Part shown: piece by piece, positions 21,136 through 32,762 of the stretch | How the letters are laid out: each line of letters begins with the position of its first letter | How positions within the stretch are numbered: the first letter of the stretch is position 1 | DNA from: an uncultured delta proteobacterium | GTDB lineage: Bacteria > Desulfobacterota > Binatia > Binatales > Binataceae | Length of the DNA: 64,000 nt | Direction of reading: 5' to 3' | NCBI GenBank assembly: GCA_963724395.1 | Contig: CAVRUK010000005.1 | Coordinates: forward strand, 1,001,261-1,065,260 | The notes under the pieces: model-generated | Told to the model about the DNA's origin: nothing | The model's database searches: none | The model's input: only the letters and a program-made list of their open reading frames with translations | Position numbers and translations under genes: made by a program

Positions 21136-21996
21136 ATGTCTGATCAGCACGGAATCGAAGAAATACTCCGTCAGGTCGTCAGCCGCGTCTCGAAGATCGA
21201 CGGCGTTCAAGCGATCGTGCTCGGCGGATCGCGGGCGCGCGGTACCGCCGACGAACGATCGGATATCGATCTCGGAATCTACTACGACGGCGCGCACCCG
21301 TTCTCGACGGTGGCTCTGGGAGCGGCTGCGCAAGAATTGGACGATCGTCATAGCGACGGCTTGGTGACCTCATTCGGCGACTGGGGGCCCGGTGTAAACG
21401 GCGGCGGATGGCTCGAGATTCGGGGCCATCACGTGGATTTCCTCTACCGCGAAATTGGCGCCGTGCGCGAGGCGATCGAGGACTGCATCGCCGGTCGCCC
21501 GCGCAGCATCTATCAACTCGGTCATCCGCTCGGATTTCATATGCAGATCTACGCGGGCGAGATTCACGTATGCCGTCCGCTCTTCGATCCAACCGGCGCG
21601 GTTGCCAAGATCAAGGCCCTGGTACGCGAGTATCCTGAAAAATTTCGAGCAGCCGCCGTCACCAAGCATCTGTTTGACGCGGAGTTCGAACTTTCGATCG
21701 CTGCGAAGCCGGTCGAGCGCGCCGACGTGATGTACGTGTCGGGATGCCTGTTTCGCGCGGCGGGTTTCATGACGCTCGTGCTGTACGCACTGAATCGCAG
21801 ATTTTATCTCAACGAGAAAGGCGCGTTCGCAGAGTCGCAGCGATTCGCGATCAAGCCGGCGCGCTTTCACGATACGGTCGCAAGCGCGTTGGGACGCATC
21901 GGTACGACGCCGGCGGAGCTGTCGGCGAGCGTCGTCAGCTTCCAGAGCCTGGCTGCGGAATTGCGGCAGCTCGCAACGAGCGAAGGCGCGCTCTAG
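21136..21996 (+). CDS. nucleotidyltransferase-domain protein (DUF4037-like)
   Basis: LGGSRARG..SDIDL; WGPGVNGGGW; NEKG. Confidence 0.85.
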   Translation: MSDQHGIEEILRQVVSRVSKIDGVQAIVLGGSRARGTADERSDIDLGIYYDGAHPFSTVALGAAAQELDDRHSDGLVTSFGDWGPGVNGGGWLEIRGHHVDFLYREIGAVREAIEDCIAGRPRSIYQLGHPLGFHMQIYAGEIHVCRPLFDPTGAVAKIKALVREYPEKFRAAAVTKHLFDAEFELSIAAKPVERADVMYVSGCLFRAAGFMTLVLYALNRRFYLNEKGAFAESQRFAIKPARFHDTVASALGRIGTTPAELSASVVSFQSLAAELRQLATSEGAL

Positions 21997-22484
21997 CGGT
22001 TGCGTCCTTTCAGCGCGCGCTCGATTTCGCGATCTGACGCCCTGCGCGCGAGCACGTCGCGCTTATCGTAGGTGTGCTTGCCCTTGGCGAGCCCCAGTTC
22101 AACCTTGGCGCGTCCGTTTTTGAAATAGATCTTCAGCGGCACGATCGAATAACCCTTCTCGCGCACGCGGCCCCACAGGCGATCGATCTCGCGGCGATGC
22201 ATCAAAAGTTTTCGCGCGCGAGTTTCCTTGTGGCTGAACTGCCCCGCGGGAGCGTAGGCGCCGATATGAACGCTCTCGAGGAACGCTTCGCCGTTTTTGA
22301 TGCGCGCGTAACTGTCGCGCAAATTCGCGCGATGCGCCCGCAGCGACTTGACTTCCGTGCCAGTGAGCGCGAGGCCGGCCTCGAGCGTCTCCTCGATGAA
22401 GAAATCGTGCCGCGCCTTGCGGTTGTCGACGACCAGATCGAATCCGTCGCCGGAAGCTTTGCCGTTGCGGGAGTCGCGTGCCAT
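21993..22484 (-). CDS. smpB: SsrA-binding protein
   Basis: NRKARHDF, LEAGLALTGTEVKSLR, KGKHTYDKR; divergent from ssrA. Confidence 0.97.
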   Translation of the reverse strand: MARDSRNGKASGDGFDLVVDNRKARHDFFIEETLEAGLALTGTEVKSLRAHRANLRDSYARIKNGEAFLESVHIGAYAPAGQFSHKETRARKLLMHRREIDRLWGRVREKGYSIVPLKIYFKNGRAKVELGLAKGKHTYDKRDVLARRASDREIERALKGRNR

Positions 22485-22594
22485 CGCATGCGAGTCTATC
22501 CGCCTCATCGGCATGGTTGCGAACGCGCCCCCTGAACCTTAGATTAGATGATGTAACCGTTTCGAACTGGCCTCGATTGAAGACCCACTATCGT

Positions 22595-22952
22595 GGGGGC
22601 GAACTGGATTCGACGAAGACAACATGGCCATGGTCGCACGCCGGGTGCTGTCGACCCGTAAAACTGGCAGACTGCGAAATTTACCCGCAGACAATAACGG
22701 TTACGCTCTGGCGGCCTAAGGGCCGCTAGCGTCCCGCCGCTGCTCGCCCATGGCAGCGGGTCGGGGCGTCATTTAGTGGGCTAGGGAACCGCAGTTCACC
22801 GGCTGGGCGGCGTCCCGAAATTTCAGCCGGCTGGCGTCAGCAAAGCCCGTCTGTGGGCGTTTCGGGCGCGAGCTAAAATTCGCAGACTAAGCGTGTAGTG
22901 GCCGTCGCCGGAAGGCCTTCGGACGGGGGTTCAATTCCCCCCGCCTCCACCA
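22595..22952 (+). ncRNA. ssrA: tmRNA; tag reading frame 22687-22719 encodes ADNNGYALAA
   Basis: 5' GGGGGCGAACTGGATTCGAC, 3' GGGTTCAATTCCCCCCGCCTCCACCA, ALAA-ending tag, adjacent smpB. Confidence 0.97.
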
Positions 22953-23003
22953 ATTTCGAGTGCCTGACTGACGAAGCTGTTGTCGATCCGGCCATCAATC
23001 AAG

Positions 23004-23402
23004 CTAGTTGGCTCGAAGCTCGTGCAAGCGCGCGAGCCCGTTGGTCGAGAGAAAATACCGATCGCCACGGAGCTCGATCCAACGCTTATCGCGTCGATAG
23101 AACACCGCCGCCTTGGAATTGTGTGCGCCAAAAGCTGCTCGGTTCGCTTCCTGCGCTTGCTTCCAGTCTTTGCCCGCTGTACCGATTGCCTCGTAGTCCT
23201 CAAGGAGACGACGCTCCGCTTGGATAGGGTCGAACTGCAGGGCTGTGTTGGCTGCCGCTACAACTGCTGGACCCGATGAGGCGACTGCGGCAATGTCCGT
23301 GATCGCGCTGGTGGCGCGACGAATCTTTGCATCGAGCTGCGGATCCCCCGCAGGTACGGGGATTTGTATTGTGATCGTGATTCGGACTGGCTCTGCTAAC
23401 AT
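23004..23402 (-). CDS. hypothetical protein, possible C-terminal winged helix
   Basis: AAGGAG RBS; RWIELRGDRYFLSTNGLARL wing-like segment. Confidence 0.6.
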   Translation of the reverse strand: MLAEPVRITITIQIPVPAGDPQLDAKIRRATSAITDIAAVASSGPAVVAAANTALQFDPIQAERRLLEDYEAIGTAGKDWKQAQEANRAAFGAHNSKAAVFYRRDKRWIELRGDRYFLSTNGLARLHELRAN

Positions 23403-24208
23403 ACGATTCTCCTTTAGGAACTAGATATCTAGCAGGATAGCTGGCTTCGAGCTAGCTTGTCAAGGCCATAGGCGTGCCGATGAAAAGGCGGTTCAAGAGA
23501 GCGTTCGGTGTTGACGTTCGGGGAATGTTCGGCCGGTCATTTGTCGTCTTGGATAAGAGTTTTCTGCAAGGAGTGACGGCGCAAGAGCTTCGCTTCTAAC
23601 GTAAAACATGGGTGGATATTCGGCGTAACAGAGACTCTTCAGTATGAGCATTTTCGGAAGTGGGATAGATGGAGATTTGCGAATCTCGTCAAGCTCAAAG
23701 CTATTGAAAAACATATCGTCCTGCTCCCGGGAATTGGGGAGATGTTTAGAGCGGAATCAAAGAAGCGAAAACCAGCTTCGCAGGTGCTCCGGATAAAACG
23801 ACTCGAGCTAACTGATAAAGTAACTCCTGGCAGACGTTTTTTTGAATTAGACGAGGACACGAAGAATATTGCAGCGGACAGAACGGTTGAGTTGCAGAAG
23901 CGGCTCGACATCATGATCGATGTTTGGACCGACTTTAAGCAGATACCAGAATTCGATGGTGCAAAATCAGAAGATATGCAAGCGATTATACGCGCTAAAT
24001 CGATTCAGATTCGTGATGACCATGATGATATGCGCGGATTTTATAAGAGGCACCGTCAGCGTTTTAATCCTCCAGCCAAGCTAATCGGTGAGGAGTGGAC
24101 CTTCTTTAGGTGGATTCAGGTACAGCTTCTCGCCGGCTTGGATTTTTTTGCTAGCTATGGGCTGGGTGCCCCATTCAACAGAGAAAATCTGTTTCACGGG
24201 TTCCTTGA

Positions 24209-25438
<1,230 letters not shown>

Positions 25439-25601
25439 GAAAACTAAAAAGTCGGCCCGTTGTCCACAAGTCCACAGGCGGGGTCCTCCCAAGGACCCCG
25501 CAGCCTGTGGACCCTGTGGGCAACGCGCCGCCACCGTCGCCTTACGATACAGTTGCTCCTCCGTCCTGATGGATTGGTTCTCAAATAGATTCTATTTCTC
25601 G

Positions 25602-25616
25602 CAATTCCCCCCTCCA
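25602..25616 (+). repeat. degenerate direct repeat of the tmRNA 3' end (att-like)
   Basis: CAATTCCCCCC-TCCA versus CAATTCCCCCC-GCC-TCCA at 22932-22949. Confidence 0.55.
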
Positions 25617-25619
25617 TCT

Positions 25620-26159
25620 CTACCCGGCGCTCTTTTTGCGCCGCTGCTGCGAGGCTCTCAGTGCGTCCGACATTCCGTCGTGCTTGCCGCGCGGGCGCTT
25701 GGGGGCGTCGTCCCACCAATTGCTCCATGGCATGTCATCACGACGCTGCGGATGAAGTGGATAGTAGATCCGATTGTCGCTCTTCTCGGCCTCGCCGCCG
25801 ACCAGCAGCTTCACTTCGCGCTCGCTGTTGTTGATGAAGGTGTGGCAAATCCCGGTGCCCGACGGGAACGCGGCAAGGTCGCCCGGCTTCATCGAATAAA
25901 TGGCGCCATCAATCCACGCGTCGACCTCGCCCTCGAGCACGTACACGAACTCCTCTTCCCTGGACTCGGCATGAGGCCACGAGCTGCGGCGCCCAGGCAA
26001 CAAGCGCACCACATTGATTCCGATGCGAAGCAAGCCTGCCGCTCTCCCGATTCTGCGGCTGAGCGCGGTGCCTTCGTCGCTGTTCGGATAGCGCGACTCT
26101 CGTTCTTGAACCGACTCGGTCGAAACAATGAAGGGTGGACGTTCGCGGCGGCTGCTCAT
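25620..26159 (-). CDS. cupin domain protein
   Basis: PHAESREEEFVYVLEG, GICHTFIN. Confidence 0.9.
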   Translation of the reverse strand: MSSRRERPPFIVSTESVQERESRYPNSDEGTALSRRIGRAAGLLRIGINVVRLLPGRRSSWPHAESREEEFVYVLEGEVDAWIDGAIYSMKPGDLAAFPSGTGICHTFINNSEREVKLLVGGEAEKSDNRIYYPLHPQRRDDMPWSNWWDDAPKRPRGKHDGMSDALRASQQRRKKSAG

Positions 26160-26286
26160 GCAGAGCTTGCTATCACAGAGCAGCCAGGATTGAGAGATAC
26201 ACCCTGGGCGGCGGTTGTCGCGCTTCGCTCAAAATCGCAAACTGTGTACTGTCGGGTTGAGTTGATCGGCGGAAGGAGCCTGCCGG

Positions 26287-27120
26287 ATGATTCCTGCCAA
26301 TGCCGCGCCGCTTGCAATCGCACTCCTGGGACTGGTCCTTGGAATGCGCCATGCCACCGATCCCGATCACGTAATCGCCGTCACCACGATTCTCAGCCGC
26401 GAGCGGCGTCTGGCGGTCGCCGCGCGCATCGGCGTCGTATGGGGACTCGGCCACACGCTGACCGTGCTGATAGTGGGCGCCGCGATTATAGTTTTCAAAA
26501 TTGCTATTCCGACCAGGCTCGGACTCTCGATGGAATTCGCGGTCGCGATCGTGCTGATTCTGCTCGGCGCGGGCGCGGCCGCGGGACTGGTCCGCAACGC
26601 GGCAACTCGAATGCGCCGCGGCTCGTCGAAGCACGAAGAATTGATCGTCCACACGCACGCGCACGCTCACGACGGCGGCGTGCATCTGCACCCGCACGTT
26701 CACGTTGCTGCTCATGAAGATGCCGGTGACGCGATGCATCACGACCATCGCATCCCGGCTGACGCACTGCCGACGTTTGCCGCGCGGCGGCCGCTGCTGC
26801 GATCATTCGCAGTGGGACTCGTGCACGGACTGGCGGGTAGCGCCGCGATTGCGCTGCTGGTGCTGAGCGCGATTACGGATCCGTTGTGGGCGACGCTCTA
26901 TCTCGCGATTTTCTGCGTCGGCACGATCATCGGTATGGCGCTCATCACGACCGCCATCGCCACCCCGTTCATAGCCGTGTCGAAGCGCGCGTCGTGGATT
27001 CATCAGGGACTCGTCACCGGCTCGGGCCTGCTGAGTTTCGGCTTCGGCCTGTTCCTCGCTTATCAGATCGGTTTCGTTGACCATCTGTTCGGTGGCGTTG
27101 CTACCTGGATTCCGCAATAA
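26287..27120 (+). CDS. nickel/cobalt permease (NiCoT/UreH-like)
   Basis: GMRHATDPDH, WGLGH, His-rich loop, GLVHGLAGS. Confidence 0.9.
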   Translation: MIPANAAPLAIALLGLVLGMRHATDPDHVIAVTTILSRERRLAVAARIGVVWGLGHTLTVLIVGAAIIVFKIAIPTRLGLSMEFAVAIVLILLGAGAAAGLVRNAATRMRRGSSKHEELIVHTHAHAHDGGVHLHPHVHVAAHEDAGDAMHHDHRIPADALPTFAARRPLLRSFAVGLVHGLAGSAAIALLVLSAITDPLWATLYLAIFCVGTIIGMALITTAIATPFIAVSKRASWIHQGLVTGSGLLSFGFGLFLAYQIGFVDHLFGGVATWIPQ

Positions 27121-27141
27121 AGACCTCCCAAGGAGACGTGG

Positions 27142-27831
27142 ATGATCGACTTGTACTATTGGCCGACACCTAACGGGCACAAGATAACGATTTTTCTTCA
27201 GGAGACCGGCCTCGACTACAAGATCGTGCCCGTGAATATCCGCAAGGGTGAGCAGTTCCAGCCCGAGTTCCTCAAGATCAGCCCGAACAACCGCATGCCC
27301 GCGATCATCGACCACGACGGTCCGGGCGGGAAGCCGTTGGCGCTGTTCGAGTCGGGCGCGATCCTGCTCTACCTGGCCGAGAAGACCGGTAAGTTCATGC
27401 CGTCGGAGACTCGTGCGCGCTACAACGTCGTGCAGTGGCTGATGTTCCAGATGGGGGGCGTCGGACCGATGTTCGGGCAGCGAGGACATTTTATGCGCGC
27501 CGCGCCGGAGAAGATCCCGTACGCGATCGAACGCTACACCAACGAATCGCGACGCCTGCTCAACGTGATCGAAAATCGTCTCGCCGAGAGCGCGTACCTG
27601 GCGGGAGAATACTCGATCGCCGACATGGCGACCTATCCGTGGGTGGTCGGAACCCGGCGCGAGCCCGAGCAGTTGGAGAGCCGCCCGAATTTCAAGCGAT
27701 GGCTCGACGCGATCGGCGAGCGTCCCGCCGTCAAGCGGGGAGTCGCGGTGATGGCCGATCTGCCGCCCGAGCCGCTCGACGACGAAGCGCGCTCGATACT
27801 CTACGGCGCCAAGCAGTTCGAGCGCCGCTAG
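27142..27831 (+). CDS. glutathione S-transferase, paralog of 7713-8432
   Basis: WPTPNG, SPNNRMP, FESGAIL. Confidence 0.93.
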   Translation: MIDLYYWPTPNGHKITIFLQETGLDYKIVPVNIRKGEQFQPEFLKISPNNRMPAIIDHDGPGGKPLALFESGAILLYLAEKTGKFMPSETRARYNVVQWLMFQMGGVGPMFGQRGHFMRAAPEKIPYAIERYTNESRRLLNVIENRLAESAYLAGEYSIADMATYPWVVGTRREPEQLESRPNFKRWLDAIGERPAVKRGVAVMADLPPEPLDDEARSILYGAKQFERR

Positions 27832-27901
27832 CAGCCGAAAGACGGTCAAAAGAGCCCCAAAAGCTTGCGAATTGGGGCGAATTTGGGCTAAGTGTCATTC
27901 T

Positions 27902-28651
27902 ATGCGCTCAAGTCGTCGCCGCCATGATGGGTTAATTCTCGCGAGTCTGTTTCTAATAGCCGTCTGTGCGATGGCTGGCGCGCGCACTGCCGGAGCGGAG
28001 AGCGCCGCAGGGACGATTTTCGGCGCTACCGGACCAGTTCAGATCCAGCGCGGTGGCTCCACCATGCCCGCCACACCGGGCACGCCGGTTATCCAGGGCG
28101 ATCAGATCGTTGCAGGCGCTGATGGGCAAGCCGTCATCATGCTGTCCGACGGGAGCAAGCTCGAACTCAGGCCTGCGACCACAATCACGCTCGACCAGTA
28201 TGTAAATGGTGGCGCCACGCCGACGCGGATCGGCCTGACCTCCGGCATACTGAAATCTGATGTGAATGGGACTGACGCAGCTCCGGCCAACTTCCAGGTG
28301 CATACGCCCAACGCAATCGTGACTGCACGCGGCACGACCTTCTACACCTCCTACACTCCAAGCTCACCTCAAACCGGCAACCTTCCTGGCGTCTCCCATT
28401 ACACCGAGGTGGCCGTGATCGAGGGCGCGGTCAATTTGGCGCAGGCTGCCGCTCCAGCCGGCGGCGTTGAGGTCGCGCAGGGAACGACAGGCACGGTACC
28501 GGGCGGAGCAGCGCCGCAGAGCAACAAACGACATTTCCCAACGTGCTCCAACCCGCCTACTTCAAAGGATCAGTGCAAAAATGGCGGCTGGCGGCAATTC
28601 GGTTGCTTCAAGAACCAGGGCCAGTGCGTCAGTTACGTCGAGCACGAATAG
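27902..28651 (+). CDS. exported FecR-domain protein with a Cys-containing C-terminal tag
   Basis: signal peptide; LSDGS..L, VHTPNA..ARGT, VIEGAV; tail PTSKDQCKNGGW..FKNQGQCVS. Confidence 0.75.
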   Translation: MRSSRRRHDGLILASLFLIAVCAMAGARTAGAESAAGTIFGATGPVQIQRGGSTMPATPGTPVIQGDQIVAGADGQAVIMLSDGSKLELRPATTITLDQYVNGGATPTRIGLTSGILKSDVNGTDAAPANFQVHTPNAIVTARGTTFYTSYTPSSPQTGNLPGVSHYTEVAVIEGAVNLAQAAAPAGGVEVAQGTTGTVPGGAAPQSNKRHFPTCSNPPTSKDQCKNGGWRQFGCFKNQGQCVSYVEHE

Positions 28652-28762
28652 TGATTTCCTAAGGGAACCCCCGGTAGTAGAACCTTCTGCCGTCGACCTT
28701 CGGTGAGAAAGTAACGGTGAAACAACCGAGACCAACATTTGGTCGCGGAGGAATAGTCGCCG

Positions 28763-30844
28763 ATGCACTGGCGCAAGCGCGGCATCTTTCGGGTTGCCGG
28801 AATCGGCATCCTTTTATCATTGCTGTTGACGGCATGTCCGTCGGGCACAAACGCGCAGGAAGCATCGCCTGATCCCGGGAACCTAAGCCAGCACAAGAAC
28901 GCAGACATTCCGGCGGGTGGCCTTGAAGCTCCTGAAACCGGCGGAACGTTAGGCGGAAACCTGCTGGTCAATGGAGACTTCACCGAAGGGTTGGAGGGTT
29001 GGCATGCGTCGGCGCGATGCTTCCTGCCCGACCCGTCGACGCGCGCTCCAAACGGTCACCCAAGCCTCAAGGTAGAGAATCCCGACTCGTGCAGGCCGTC
29101 AGCGAGGACCGCGGTCAACGAGTTCGTGGCTCCGCCCGGCGTTTATTCGATCGGCGGGGAAATCAAAACTCCCGATCTGACGAAAAAGCTGATCGCCGGA
29201 GCGCAAATGGATTTGTTCACCGGCTGTGAGACGGAATTGGTGAACGGCGCCGGCGATTGGCAACAGCTCGTCGGCAAGCACTGCGTCGTCGCGCCCGGCA
29301 CGAAATCCCGCTTTCGGCTCGCAATCAATGGCAAGACATCGAGCCCCGCCTGGTTCGCGAACATGTACGTGCGAAGGGAACTCGGCCCGCTGTTCCGCAT
29401 CTACATGCTGTATCCGAATTATCGCGGATACCTGTTCGCCGGCCAGTCTCATGAAGTGCGCGCGGCGGTGACACTCAATCACGACGCCGGCCTGCGCCGC
29501 GAAGACCTGGTCTTTCAGCTCGAGGCGGTGCGCGTCGATTCGGGAGCAAAGACCGCTCACGCGTACAGCTCACCTGCCTATGATTTCACGGCGACGCTCG
29601 ATTTCGGCCCTCTCGCTGCGGGCGTTTACCAGGTGCGCGGAATCCTCTTGGACAGGAGCGGGAAGGTTCTTTTCGAGCAGCCGCCCTACCGGGTCGTGAA
29701 GGTCGATGCAGACCCCGGCACGCTCTTGAAGGCGTGGATCGACGATCGCAACCTCGCGCATTTCATCGACGGCAACCCTCACTTCGTGCTCGGAATCTAC
29801 GACACCACCGGATGGTCGTACAGCCCGGCTTCCTTCGAGAAGGAGCTGGCCGCGATCGCGCAGGCGCCAATCAACATGATCATCAACTATTTCCTCACCA
29901 ATGCGCCGACCCCGGCGATTACCGCATACACCACTGCGATGAAGCAGTTCGGAATAACGTTTTTGCCGGACGTGAGCGGCTTCCATACGGGCAACCGTGC
30001 TTTCCCTAAAGGTGTCGCCGACGAGTTTGGAACCGACGACCCCGACGAGCTGATCACCGACTACGTCTCCACCTTCAAGTCCGACCGCGGCGTGGTGGGA
30101 TACTACGTTCAGGACGAGCCGGAGATCGCCGCGCAGCCGGAAACTTTTCGCCAGAATTTGCTGATCAAGGCCGCCGATCCCGCGGGCTTCAACCTGGCGG
30201 TGCTCGACCGGCCGCACGACCTGCCGATGTGGAAGGACTCGGTGGACGTCCTGGGCGTCGACCCGTATCCGGTGTGGCTGCCTGTCGATAACGACATCGG
30301 TGAAGTGGGCGATTGGACCAGGATGGCGGTGAATGCGGTCCATGATTCCAGACCAGTGTGGACGATCATCCAGTTTTTCCAGGCGGACGCGATGTCGGAG
30401 TGGCCGACCGAACAGCAACTGCACGACATGAGCTGGATGGCGATCGCGGAGGGCGCCAACGGAGTCTTCTACTGGTCGCACGGCATCCGTGCCCTCGGGT
30501 GGGTGAGGGATCCGGTGCAGCACGCGGCGCTTTGGGGGTCGCTAATCCGGGTGACCAAAGAGATCAAGGATCTAGAGCCGGTACTGCTGCGGCCCGACGA
30601 GCAAGTCCTGAACGCCAAGCCTTCCAGGGACATCGTCACACGCGAGAAAACCGGAGCGGACGGCGCGCGTTATGTGATTGCGTACAATCATGGAAGCGCG
30701 TTCGCGCCAGCGAGGTTCGTCCTCCAATCGCCCGCGCGATCGGTGACAGTCCGCCGCGGGATGGTAAAGGTTGAGCTCAAGGATGGCCTGACTTTCGACG
30801 ACACCTTCGCCGGCTACGAAGCGAAAGTCTACGAAATCCGGTAG
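28763..30844 (+). CDS. exported carbohydrate-binding + glycoside-hydrolase-like protein
   Basis: lipobox-like LTAC; NLLVNGDF CBM-like start; YYVQDEP, GVDPYP, GANGVFYW TIM-barrel motifs. Confidence 0.65.
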   Translation: MHWRKRGIFRVAGIGILLSLLLTACPSGTNAQEASPDPGNLSQHKNADIPAGGLEAPETGGTLGGNLLVNGDFTEGLEGWHASARCFLPDPSTRAPNGHPSLKVENPDSCRPSARTAVNEFVAPPGVYSIGGEIKTPDLTKKLIAGAQMDLFTGCETELVNGAGDWQQLVGKHCVVAPGTKSRFRLAINGKTSSPAWFANMYVRRELGPLFRIYMLYPNYRGYLFAGQSHEVRAAVTLNHDAGLRREDLVFQLEAVRVDSGAKTAHAYSSPAYDFTATLDFGPLAAGVYQVRGILLDRSGKVLFEQPPYRVVKVDADPGTLLKAWIDDRNLAHFIDGNPHFVLGIYDTTGWSYSPASFEKELAAIAQAPINMIINYFLTNAPTPAITAYTTAMKQFGITFLPDVSGFHTGNRAFPKGVADEFGTDDPDELITDYVSTFKSDRGVVGYYVQDEPEIAAQPETFRQNLLIKAADPAGFNLAVLDRPHDLPMWKDSVDVLGVDPYPVWLPVDNDIGEVGDWTRMAVNAVHDSRPVWTIIQFFQADAMSEWPTEQQLHDMSWMAIAEGANGVFYWSHGIRALGWVRDPVQHAALWGSLIRVTKEIKDLEPVLLRPDEQVLNAKPSRDIVTREKTGADGARYVIAYNHGSAFAPARFVLQSPARSVTVRRGMVKVELKDGLTFDDTFAGYEAKVYEIR

Positions 30845-30863
30845 TGCACCCTAAACAATCCGG

Positions 30864-30904
30864 TCCCCCTTCCCACTATGGGAAGGGGTTAGGGGTTAGG
30901 TTCC
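30864..30904 (+). repeat. REP-like palindrome, same family as 21054
   Basis: CCCCTTCCCACTATGGGAAGGGGTTAGGGGTTAGGTTCC. Confidence 0.8.
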
Positions 30905-31034
30905 GTGCGCGACGCGCGCACTCTCTCCTCCCGACCGAAGCGAGCACCGCGAGCGGAGCTGGCTTCTGGCCTCCGGACAGCTTCGCGCCAGCGCGAAGCC
31001 GGTACCGGTTCCGAGTCGCCGCATCCGTTTACCT

Positions 31035-32762
31035 CTAGTGATGCGGGCCGCCTCCTCCATGCGGTGCTTCCGGATGTCCCCCGCCGCCCCCACCGCCATG
31101 CGGTGCTGCAGCAGGATGTCCGCCTCCACCGCCCGCGCCACCACCGCCGCCGCCGCGATGCTCGAATGCCTGCTCCTGCTGAGCATGCTGGCGCTCAAAG
31201 GATTGCATTTGCTGCGCATGCTGACGCTGCATGTTCTGCTGCTGCGCGAAATGCTGGCGTTGAGCCTCCTGTTGCTCGGCCGCATGCTGACGCGCGAGCG
31301 CCTGCGTTTCATTCTGCTGGCGGCGCAGGAGTTCCGCTGACTGCTGCTCGTGACGATCCTCGACTTGCCGCCAATTTGCCCCATTGTCCTCTGGAGCGGC
31401 CTTCCTGGGCTGCTCCGCTTCCCGCACATGCTCCTGCAGATGCTGCCGCTCGAAATTCTCGGTCTCCGCTTCATGCTTTTGCTGAAGCTGCCGTAATTGC
31501 TCCGCGCGATTGCGCTCGGACTCCTGCTGCTGCTGCGCGCGATTGCGCTCGAGCTCCTGCATCTCGACGTTATGCTGGCGCTGGAGCGCCTCTTCTTGCA
31601 CGCCATGTTCGCGCGCTACCGACTCGCGCATCGCGCCAGTCCAATCGGGATGATGCTCCATCGCCCAGGTGGGATTCTTTTGCGCCCACCAGTGGACGTC
31701 GTGCCAGACATGCTTGTCGTCGTAGTCGCCCTTCCATTCGGGATGATGCTGATCGGCCCACGCCGCATCATGATTGTGCCACCAGGTGTCGTTGTGCCAG
31801 ACGTGTTTGTCGTCGAAGTCACCCCACCAGTTGGGATGATTCTCGCGCACCCAGTCAGGCTTGGTCGCCCACCAATAACTTGCCGGACGCCATATTCTGC
31901 GATCGTCGAACGCGCCCCACCAATCGGGATGATTCTCGCGCACCCAGTCAGGCCGGTTCTGCCACCACCATCCCGCGGGCCGCCAAACGTGCCCGTCGTC
32001 GAAGTCGCCCCACCAGTCGGGATGATTCTGGCGGCACCAGTCGGGGTGAAACTGCCACCACCATCCCGCCGGGCGCCAGTAGTGGTGATCGTCGAAGTCT
32101 CCCCACCAATCCGGGTGATGCTCGCGAACCCAATCGGGATGATACTGGTACCACCACGGCGCCGCGTACCAGACGCCTTCGTAGTAGTCGCCCCACCAAT
32201 CCGGATGATGCGCGATTACCCACTCGGGCTGGAGCTGCCACCACCACGGCGCGGGATACCACAAATCGTCCCAATCGTCGCCCCACCATTCCGGGTGATT
32301 CTGCAATACCCAGTCGCGGTGGCGATGCCACCACCATCCCGCCGGATACCAGACGCCATTGTCAGGCGCGCCCCACCATTCCGGATGGTACTGCTGAACC
32401 CATTGCGGCTGATATTGATACCACCAACTCGCGGGATACCACGCTCCCTGGTAGTAATCGCCCCACCATTCGGGATGATGTAGTCGCACCCACGCGGGCT
32501 GCGAATCCCACCACCACCACGCGGGATGCCAGATGTGATCCTCGTCGAAATCGCCCCACCATTCAGGGTGATGCACCTTGACCCAGTCGGGCTGATGCTC
32601 CCACCACCAGGCGGCTTCGCGAAAGGTATGCCCGTTGTCGTAATCCCCCCAAGCAGGAACAGGCGGCAAGGGCGAAGGCCAAGGCCGGTACTGCGCGAAC
32701 GCGGGCGTAGCCAGCAGAAGGAGAACCGTACTCGCCGCCAGCAAACCCTTGATTCTGGTCAT
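31035..32762 (-). CDS. exported Trp/His-rich tandem-repeat protein
   Basis: signal peptide ending AFA; 11 repeats of 30-31 aa; Q/E/R coiled coil; Gly/His tail. Confidence 0.85.
   Translation of the reverse strand: MTRIKGLLAASTVLLLLATPAFAQYRPWPSPLPPVPAWGDYDNGHTFREAAWWWEHQPDWVKVHHPEWWGDFDEDHIWHPAWWWWDSQPAWVRLHHPEWWGDYYQGAWYPASWWYQYQPQWVQQYHPEWWGAPDNGVWYPAGWWWHRHRDWVLQNHPEWWGDDWDDLWYPAPWWWQLQPEWVIAHHPDWWGDYYEGVWYAAPWWYQYHPDWVREHHPDWWGDFDDHHYWRPAGWWWQFHPDWCRQNHPDWWGDFDDGHVWRPAGWWWQNRPDWVRENHPDWWGAFDDRRIWRPASYWWATKPDWVRENHPNWWGDFDDKHVWHNDTWWHNHDAAWADQHHPEWKGDYDDKHVWHDVHWWAQKNPTWAMEHHPDWTGAMRESVAREHGVQEEALQRQHNVEMQELERNRAQQQQESERNRAEQLRQLQQKHEAETENFERQHLQEHVREAEQPRKAAPEDNGANWRQVEDRHEQQSAELLRRQQNETQALARQHAAEQQEAQRQHFAQQQNMQRQHAQQMQSFERQHAQQEQAFEHRGGGGGGAGGGGGHPAAAPHGGGGGGGHPEAPHGGGGPHH

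Noticed and set aside
22915-22952. tRNA-like T-arm and CCA end as a tRNA gene
   Set aside because: It is the 3' end of tmRNA.
25460-25522. Inverted repeat TTGTCCACA..TCCACAGG / CCTGTGGA..TGTGGGCAA as a separate element
   Set aside because: It lies inside the IS110 right end and is best treated as part of it.
31640-32654. ~90-bp periodic CCCCACCA repeats as a possible CRISPR array
   Set aside because: The period is a multiple of three and the repeats are Trp/Gly codons of an in-frame protein repeat; no cas genes are present.
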